A stretch of DNA of 64,000 bases from an uncultured Gemmatimonadota bacterium. GTDB taxonomy: Bacteria > Gemmatimonadota > Gemmatimonadetes > Longimicrobiales > Longimicrobiaceae. The stretch covers positions 2,859 to 66,858 of the forward strand of contig CADCTW010000187.1 of the NCBI GenBank assembly GCA_902805735.1, in the 5' to 3' direction. Made by a program: the position numbers and the translations under genes. The notes under the pieces were generated by a model, which did no database searches, was not told where the DNA came from, and worked only from the letters and a program-made list of their open reading frames with translations. Shown one piece after another: positions 57,978-64,000 of the stretch (within the stretch, counting starts at the first letter, position 1; every line of letters begins with the position of its first letter).

Positions 57978-59423
57978 ATGCCCGACCCGATCCGCGTACG
58001 ATTCGCTCCCAGCCCCACCGGCTACCTGCACGTGGGCGGGGCCCGCACGGCGCTCTACAACTGGCTGCTGGCGCGGCAGAGCGGCGGCGTGTTCGTGCTG
58101 CGCATCGAAGACACGGACCGCGAGCGGAGCACGGACGCGTCCACGCACACCATCCTGGAGGGGATGAGCTGGCTGGGGCTCACCTGGGACGAGGGGCCGC
58201 ACTTCCAGAGCGAGGGGCTGCCGCGCCACACCGCCGAGGCGCAGCGCCTGCTGGCCGAGGACGACGCCTACCGCTGCTTCTGCACGCCGGAGGAGCTGGA
58301 CGCCAAGCGCCAGGCCGCCGGGCTGGAGTACCGCTACGACCGCAAGTGCCGCGCGATCCCCCGCGCGGAGAGCGACGAGCGCGCCGCGGCGGGCACGCCC
58401 TTCACCGTGCGCTTCCGCGTCCCCGAGGGGACCACGGAGTGGACGGACCAGGTGTACGAGGACATCCGGTTCGACAACGGGAGCATCGAGGACTTCATCA
58501 TCCTGCGCACCGACGGCACGCCCATCTACAACATGGCCGTGGTGTCGGACGACATCGAGATGGGGATCACGCACGTGATGCGCGGCGAGGACCACATCGC
58601 CAACACCCCCAAGCAGATCCTCCTGTACCGGGCCCTGGGCGCGGCGGTGCCCCGGTTCGCGCACCTCCCCATGATCCTGGGCTCGGACGGGCGCAAGCTC
58701 AGCAAGCGCCACGGGGCCACCGCCGTGGGCGACTACGCGCGGCTGGGCATCCTCCCGGAGACGCTGGTCAACTTCCTCGCGCTGCTGGGCTGGAACCCGG
58801 GCGACGACCGCGAGCTGATGACGGCCGGGGAGATGACGGAGCTCTTCTCCGTGGAGCGCATCAACAAGAAGAGCGCCGTGTTCGACACGGAGAAGCTGCA
58901 CTGGATGAACGGCCAGTACCTGGCGAAAAAGCCCGCCGCCGAGCTCCTCCCCATCGTGGCGCCGCTCTTCGCGGAGGCCGGGCTGATGACGGCGGACGAG
59001 ATCGCCGGGCGCGAGGAGTACGTGCTGCACCTGATCGACCTCCTCAAGGTGCGCTCGCGCTCCACGCTGGAGATCCCGCAGCAGGCGCGCGTCTACCTGG
59101 CGGACGGGGTGGAGTACGACCCGGAGGCGGCGGCCAAGCACTGGAAGGACGCCGCCGAGACCTCGCAGCGCCTGGGGGCCGTGCGCGACGCGCTGGCGGG
59201 GGTGGACGCGTGGGAGCCCGCGGCCATCGAGGCGGCGCTGCGGGCGGCGGCGCAGAGCGCGGGTGTCGGCTTTGGGAAGGTGGCGCAGCCGCTGCGCATC
59301 GCCCTCACGGGGAGCGCCGCCAGCCCCGGGATCGACCAGGTGGGGCTGCTGCTGGGGCGGGAGCGCACGCTGGCCCGCATCGACGCAGCGCGGGAGTGGC
59401 TGGCGGTGAACGCGGCTCAGTAG
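57978..59423 (+). CDS. gltX: Glutamate--tRNA ligase
   Basis: RFAPSPTGYLHVGGAR, LRIEDTD, RGEDH, KLSKR, PLRIALTG. Confidence 0.96.
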   Translation: MPDPIRVRFAPSPTGYLHVGGARTALYNWLLARQSGGVFVLRIEDTDRERSTDASTHTILEGMSWLGLTWDEGPHFQSEGLPRHTAEAQRLLAEDDAYRCFCTPEELDAKRQAAGLEYRYDRKCRAIPRAESDERAAAGTPFTVRFRVPEGTTEWTDQVYEDIRFDNGSIEDFIILRTDGTPIYNMAVVSDDIEMGITHVMRGEDHIANTPKQILLYRALGAAVPRFAHLPMILGSDGRKLSKRHGATAVGDYARLGILPETLVNFLALLGWNPGDDRELMTAGEMTELFSVERINKKSAVFDTEKLHWMNGQYLAKKPAAELLPIVAPLFAEAGLMTADEIAGREEYVLHLIDLLKVRSRSTLEIPQQARVYLADGVEYDPEAAAKHWKDAAETSQRLGAVRDALAGVDAWEPAAIEAALRAAAQSAGVGFGKVAQPLRIALTGSAASPGIDQVGLLLGRERTLARIDAAREWLAVNAAQ

Positions 59424-59430
59424 AGAAACG

Positions 59431-59459
59431 TTGACTTCGCCTGCTACGCGCCGTATGTT
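59431..59459 (+). promoter_or_regulatory. Candidate sigma70 promoter upstream of the lexA leader
   Basis: TTGACT-N17-TATGTT. Confidence 0.65.
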
Positions 59460-59465
59460 GCGGCC

Positions 59466-59629
59466 CGTAGCAGCCGAGCGGAGAGGCGCGAAGGGCGCGC
59501 CGGGGCTGCACGCGTGGGGGTGAGGAGGAGGTGGGGGGAGGCACCGAGGGTGTCGCCCCTTCTCGTATAGCTTCCACGCCTGCGCCTTCCAGCACCCCGC
59601 CCCCTTTCCCCCCGCAGGGCTGACCTGCG
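59466..59629 (+). ncRNA. Candidate structured RNA / long 5' leader of lexA
   Basis: Nested complementarity from the predicted TSS: CGTAG-CAGCC/GGCTG-CTGCG, CGGGG-CTG/CAG-CCCCG, GCGTGGGGGT/GCTTCCACGC, GGCACC-GAG-GGTGTC. Confidence 0.4.
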
Positions 59630-59650
59630 ACACGTCCCCGGAGGCAATCC

Positions 59651-60295
59651 ATGCCTGAGCCGCTTTCCAAGATCGAACGCCGGATACTCAACTACCTTGT
59701 GGACTACCTCAAGGACAACACGTACCAGCCCAGCATCCGCGAGATCGGCAAGCGCTTCTCGATCAAGTCGACCAAGACGGTGTCGGAGCACCTGCAGTCG
59801 CTGGCGGACAAGGGCCACATCGAGCGCGACGCGTCGCGCTCGCGCGGCGTCAAGATCCTGGGGATGAACCTGGCGCCCGCCGTGGTCACGGTGCCCTTCT
59901 ACGGCAAGATCGCCGCGGGGAAGCCGGCGCTGATGCGCGAGGACGTGAGCGACCGCCTGGAGATCGACCGCAAGCTGGTGGCCTCGGCCGACGCGTTCGG
60001 GCTGGAGATCAAGGGCGACAGCATGGAGGGGATGGGCATCCTGCACGGCGACATGGTGCTGGTGGAGCCGGTGGACGAGGGCGACCTCAGGGACGGCGAC
60101 ATCGTGGCCGCGCGCCTGGGCGGCGAGTCCACGGTGAAGCGCTACTTCTCGCACGGCGGGCAGGTGATGCTGGAGCCGGCGAACTCCAGCTACGCGCCGA
60201 TCCTGGTCAGGGAGTACGACGACTTCGAGATCCTGGGCCGCGTCACGGGGCTGGTGCGCCGCTTCACCGCCGAGCAGACGGCGATCGCGACCTGA
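59651..60295 (+). CDS. lexA: SOS repressor LexA
   Basis: PSIREIG HTH, IAAG cleavage site, GDSM catalytic Ser, TVKR catalytic Lys; GGAGG RBS. Confidence 0.95.
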   Translation: MPEPLSKIERRILNYLVDYLKDNTYQPSIREIGKRFSIKSTKTVSEHLQSLADKGHIERDASRSRGVKILGMNLAPAVVTVPFYGKIAAGKPALMREDVSDRLEIDRKLVASADAFGLEIKGDSMEGMGILHGDMVLVEPVDEGDLRDGDIVAARLGGESTVKRYFSHGGQVMLEPANSSYAPILVREYDDFEILGRVTGLVRRFTAEQTAIAT

Positions 60296-60305
60296 AGAAA
60301 AGCTG

Positions 60306-60360
60306 GGCTCACACAGAGGCACGGAGGCACAGAGATGAGGTCATCTCGGTGCCTCCGTGT
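60306..60360. repeat. CACAGAG repeat, hairpin form
   Basis: GGCTCACACAGAGGCACGGAGGCACAGAGATGA-GG-TCATCTCGGTGCCTCCGTGT. Confidence 0.85.
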
Positions 60361-60374
60361 TCGTTCGCAAGCTT

Positions 60375-60827
60375 ATGACCGACGAAGTGTGGATGCGCCT
60401 GGCGCTGGCGGAGGCCGCCGCGGCGGAGGCGCTGGGGGAGGTGCCGGTGGGGGCGGTGATCGTGCGGGGGGGCGAGGTGGTGGCGCGCGGGCACAACCTC
60501 ACGCACACGGACCAGGACCCCAGCGCCCACGCGGAGATGGTGGCCATCCGCCGCGCCGCGCAGGCCACGGGCCACTGGCGCCTGCTGGACTGCACCCTCT
60601 ACGTGACGCTGGAGCCCTGCGCCATGTGCTCGGGCGCCATCGTCCTGGCGCGCATCCCGCGCCTGGTCTACGCCGCCCCCGACCCCAAGGCCGGCATGTG
60701 CGGCTCGCTGGAGAACCTGGTCCAGTACCCCCGCCTCAACCACCGCGTCCAGCTCACCTCCGGCGTCCTCGCCCAGGAGGCCGGCGACGTGCTGCGCGCC
60801 TTCTTCCGCGCCCGCCGCTCGAAGTAG
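60375..60827 (+). CDS. tadA: tRNA adenosine(34) deaminase
   Basis: GEVPVGAV, AHAEM, TLEPCAMC, DPKAG, FFRARR. Confidence 0.93.
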   Translation: MTDEVWMRLALAEAAAAEALGEVPVGAVIVRGGEVVARGHNLTHTDQDPSAHAEMVAIRRAAQATGHWRLLDCTLYVTLEPCAMCSGAIVLARIPRLVYAAPDPKAGMCGSLENLVQYPRLNHRVQLTSGVLAQEAGDVLRAFFRARRSK

Positions 60828-60850
60828 GCTCTGTGTCTCCGTGTGAGCCC
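60828..60850. repeat. CACAGAG repeat, short half element
   Basis: GCTCTGTGTCTCCGTGTGAGCCC. Confidence 0.7.
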
Positions 60851-60863
60851 TGTCGTCCGTTCG

Positions 60864-60893
60864 TTGACACCCCCCCGCCGCCAGCGGTATCTT
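60864..60893 (+). promoter_or_regulatory. Candidate sigma70 promoter of the pyr operon
   Basis: TTGACA-N18-TATCTT. Confidence 0.6.
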
Positions 60894-60937
60894 CCCGGCG
60901 CTTCCACACGCCTCTCAGGCACCCCCCGATCCGGCAA

Positions 60938-61486
60938 ATGACCGAACCGCAGCGGCGCACCCTGATGGACACGCCCGCCACCGAGCGGGCGCTGTCGCGG
61001 ATGGCGCGCGAGGTACTGCAGCTCGCCGGCGGCATCGAGAACCTGGTCCTCGTGGGCATCCACCGCCGCGGCGTGCAGCTGGCCGACCGCATGGCGGCCG
61101 AGATGCGCGAGGCGGCCGGCGCGCAGGTCTCCACCGGCACCCTGGACATCACCCTCTACCGCGACGACCTCATGTCCGTGGGGCCCCGCCCCGTGGTGGG
61201 GCCCACCCGCCTCCCCAACACGGGGATCGACGGGCGCGTGGTGGCCATCGTGGACGACGTGCTCTACACCGGGCGCACCGTGCGCGCGGCGCTGGACGAG
61301 CTGGCCGACTTCGGGCGGCCGCGGCGCACGCTGCTGGCCGTGCTGGTGGACCGCGGCGAGCGCGAGCTCCCCATCCACGCGGACGTGGTGGGGCACACGG
61401 TGCAGGTGCCGCACGGCGGGCGGGTGGAGGTGCACGTGCCGGAGATCGACGGGGTGCTGGGGGTGGAGCTGGTGGAGGGGGCGTGA
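60938..61486 (+). CDS. pyrR: PyrR bifunctional regulator / uracil phosphoribosyltransferase
   Basis: [37 protein letters not shown]. Confidence 0.93.
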   Translation: MTEPQRRTLMDTPATERALSRMAREVLQLAGGIENLVLVGIHRRGVQLADRMAAEMREAAGAQVSTGTLDITLYRDDLMSVGPRPVVGPTRLPNTGIDGRVVAIVDDVLYTGRTVRAALDELADFGRPRRTLLAVLVDRGERELPIHADVVGHTVQVPHGGRVEVHVPEIDGVLGVELVEGA

Positions 61487-62460
61487 TGGCGCACGCCAAC
61501 GCACCCTACCTGGGCAAGGACCTGCTGGGGCTGGAAGAGCTGAGCCGCGAGCAGATCGGCGCCATCCTGGACACGGCGGAAGCCTTCAAGGAGATCAGCA
61601 ACCGGCCCATCAAAAAGGTGCCGGTGCTGCGCGGCAAGACCATCGTCAACGCTTTCTTCGAGAACTCCACCCGCACCCGCGTCTCCTTCGAGTTCGCGCA
61701 GAAGCGCCTCTCGGCGGACACGGTGAACATCTCCAGCACCGGCTCGTCGGTGGCCAAGGGCGAGACGCTGGTGGACACGGCGCGGAACCTGGAGGCGATG
61801 AACATCGACATGGTGGTGATCCGCCACGGCGCCAGCGGCTCGGCGCGCTTCCTGGCCGAGCGGATCGCCTCCAACGTCGTCAACGCGGGCGACGGCAAGC
61901 ACGAGCACCCCACGCAGGGCCTCCTGGACCTCCTCACCATCCGCGACCACCGCGGGCCGCTGCAGGGCCTGCGGGTGTGCATCTGCGGCGACGTGCTCCA
62001 CTCGCGCGTGGCCCGCTCCAACATCCACGGGCTGCGCACGATGGGGGCGGAGGTGGGGGTGTGCGGGCCGCTGACCCTCCTCCCGCGGGATGTGCAGACG
62101 CTGGGCGTCACCGTCTTCCGCCGCATCGAGGAGGCCATCGAGTGGGCGGACGTGCTCAACGTCCTGCGCCTGCAGCTGGAGCGGATGAAGGGCGGCTTCA
62201 TCCCCAGCCTGCGCGAGTACAACCGCGTCTTCGGCGTCACGCGCGAGCGGGTGGAGCGTGCGCCGCGCGACATCCTCATCCTGCACCCGGGCCCCATGAA
62301 CCGCGGCGTGGAGATCGACAGCGACGTGGCGGACGGGCCGCACTCCGTGATCCTGCAGCAGGTGACCAACGGCGTGGCCGTGCGCATGGCCGTCCTGTAC
62401 CTGCTGGCCGGCGGCGTGCCGGACCACGCCGAAGCCGCGAAGACGGGAGGCGAGTCGTGA
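61483..62460 (+). CDS. pyrB: Aspartate carbamoyltransferase catalytic subunit
   Basis: [34 protein letters not shown]. Confidence 0.96.
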   Translation: MMAHANAPYLGKDLLGLEELSREQIGAILDTAEAFKEISNRPIKKVPVLRGKTIVNAFFENSTRTRVSFEFAQKRLSADTVNISSTGSSVAKGETLVDTARNLEAMNIDMVVIRHGASGSARFLAERIASNVVNAGDGKHEHPTQGLLDLLTIRDHRGPLQGLRVCICGDVLHSRVARSNIHGLRTMGAEVGVCGPLTLLPRDVQTLGVTVFRRIEEAIEWADVLNVLRLQLERMKGGFIPSLREYNRVFGVTRERVERAPRDILILHPGPMNRGVEIDSDVADGPHSVILQQVTNGVAVRMAVLYLLAGGVPDHAEAAKTGGES

Positions 62461-63740
62461 GGGCCATGCTGATCCGCGGCGGCCGCGTGGTGGACCCGTC
62501 GCAGGGCACCGACGCGACTCTGGACGTGCTGCTGGCCGGCGGCGTCGTGGCCCGGGTGGGGGAGGGGATCGAGGCGCCGGAAGGGGCCGAGGTCGTGGAC
62601 GCGAGCGGGATGGTGGTGGCCCCCGGCCTCATCGACGTGCACGTGCACCTGCGCGAGCCGGGGCAGGAGCACAAGGAGACGATCCGCAGCGGGGCGCGGG
62701 CGGCGGCGGCGGGCGGCTTCACGGCCGTGGTCGCCATGCCCAACACGGACCCGCCCATCGACTCGCCCGCCGCCGTGGGCTTCGTGCGCGCCGCCGGGCT
62801 GCGCGCGGACGGGGCGCGCGTGTACCCCAGCGGGTGCATCACGATGGGGCAGGCGGGAGAGCAGCTCACGGAGTTCGGCGAGCTGATCGGCGCGGGCGCC
62901 GTGTGCGTGACCGACGACGGGCGTCCGGTGGGCAACGCCGGGATGATGCGCATGGCGCTGGAGTACGCGCAGAGCTTCGACCTTCCCGTGGCGGTGCACG
63001 CGGAGGAGCTGGCGCTGTCGCGCGGGGGCTCCATGAACGAGGGGGTCGTGGCGACGCGGCTGGGGCTCACCGGCATCCCCAACATCGCCGAGGACGTGAT
63101 GATCGCCCGCGACCTGATGCTGGCGGAGCTCACGGGCGGGCGCCTGCACATCCAGCACGTGGCCACGCGCGGCGGCGTGCAGCTCATCCGCGCGGCCAGG
63201 GAGCGCGGCGTGCGCGTGACGGCGGAGGGGTCGCCGCACCACTTCACGCTCACGGACGAGGCGGTGGGGTCGTACCGCACCAACGCCAAGATGAACCCGC
63301 CCCTCCGCTCCGAGGCCGACCGTGACGCGGTGCGGCGGGGCGTGGCCGACGGGACGCTGGACGTGATCGCCACCGACCACGCGCCCCACCACTACGACGA
63401 GAAGGAGCAGGCCTTCGAAGACGCTCCCAACGGCATCGTGGGCCTGGAGACGGCGCTGGGGCTGGCGTACACGGAGCTGGTGGAGAGCGGGCTGCTGTCG
63501 CTGAACGGGCTGGTGGAGCGGATGAGCTGCGCCCCCGCGCGCGCCCTCTCCCTTCCCGGCGGCACGCTGCGCGAGGGCGGCGTGGCGGACGTGACGGTCT
63601 TCGATCCCCGGCGGGAGTGGACGGTGGACCCGGGCGCCTTCCTGTCCCGGAGCCGCAACACGCCCTTCGGCGGGTGGACGCTGCGCTGCCGCGCCGTGCT
63701 CACCGTGGTGGGCGGCCTCACCGTGTGGAGCGCGCCATGA
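62457..63740 (+). CDS. pyrC: Dihydroorotase
   Basis: [35 protein letters not shown]. Confidence 0.95.
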   Translation: MRAMLIRGGRVVDPSQGTDATLDVLLAGGVVARVGEGIEAPEGAEVVDASGMVVAPGLIDVHVHLREPGQEHKETIRSGARAAAAGGFTAVVAMPNTDPPIDSPAAVGFVRAAGLRADGARVYPSGCITMGQAGEQLTEFGELIGAGAVCVTDDGRPVGNAGMMRMALEYAQSFDLPVAVHAEELALSRGGSMNEGVVATRLGLTGIPNIAEDVMIARDLMLAELTGGRLHIQHVATRGGVQLIRAARERGVRVTAEGSPHHFTLTDEAVGSYRTNAKMNPPLRSEADRDAVRRGVADGTLDVIATDHAPHHYDEKEQAFEDAPNGIVGLETALGLAYTELVESGLLSLNGLVERMSCAPARALSLPGGTLREGGVADVTVFDPRREWTVDPGAFLSRSRNTPFGGWTLRCRAVLTVVGGLTVWSAP

Positions 63741-64000
63741 CCATCGCCTTCCCCCGCGCGGGGGCGGTGCGCGTGGACCCGCGCGGCTTCTGCGGAAGCG
63801 CCTTTCCCTGGCCGCTGGTGCGCGACCTGGCGGACGGGCGCGAGCTGACGGCGTGCTACCTGGTGCACGAGAAGCAGCGCAAGGAGACCAAGAACGCCAA
63901 GCCCTACCTCCACCTCGTGCTGGGCGACCGCACGGGGACCATCGAGGCCAAGGTGTGGGACGACGCGGACCGGCTGGACCGCGCCTTCGACGCCGACGAC
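63737..64000 (+). CDS. YhaM-like OB-fold/HD 3'-5' exoribonuclease (3'-partial)
   Basis: My translation from ATG 63737 gives ...YLVHEKQRKETKNAKPYLHLVLGDRTGTIEAKVWD. The frame runs off the window. Confidence 0.75.
   Translation, partial: MTIAFPRAGAVRVDPRGFCGSAFPWPLVRDLADGRELTACYLVHEKQRKETKNAKPYLHLVLGDRTGTIEAKVWDDADRLDRAFDADD

Noticed and set aside
59466-59629. SRP RNA, tRNA or a known riboswitch upstream of lexA
   Set aside because: I found no SRP helix-8 GGAA motif, no cloverleaf or T-loop and no recognisable aptamer consensus. It is kept only as an unassigned structured RNA candidate.
59424-59650. LexA (SOS) box at the lexA promoter
   Set aside because: There is no convincing match to the CTGT-N8-ACAG or GAAC-N4-GTTC types, and no clear dyad over the promoter.

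Overview
This is a very GC-rich bacterial chromosome segment. Gene content and intergenic repeats suggest Gemmatimonadota, possibly Longimicrobium-like (inference). The housekeeping backbone comprises smc, mutS, tonB, cystathionine beta-synthase, an Oar-type TonB-dependent receptor, udk, guaB, a leuA-type synthase, glnS-YqeY, gltX, lexA, tadA, pyrR-pyrB-pyrC and a partial YhaM-like gene. An accessory block at about 22.7-34.4 kb carries a repeat-fused copper radical oxidase and a PadR/ADOP pair. It also holds a compositionally atypical three-gene island: a membrane-spanning BTAD regulator with two NBR1-type Ig domains, a small lipoprotein, and a roughly 1040-aa Ig/FN3-stalk lipoprotein ending in an M23 peptidase. 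The strongest unusual signals are (1) a full-length LonA paralog with every ATPase motif degenerate but an intact Ser-Lys protease dyad; (2) that island; (3) several co-existing dispersed repeat families, including 14 copies of an 8-nt-period CACAGAG element and a modular hairpin-spacer REP family that supplies stop codons to genes; (4) a 164-nt structured leader or ncRNA before lexA; and (5) a Cys-rich vanadium haloperoxidase-like gene between glnS and gltX. I recognised no tRNA, rRNA, CRISPR array, integrase or transposase. All family assignments come from motifs read by eye, with no database search.
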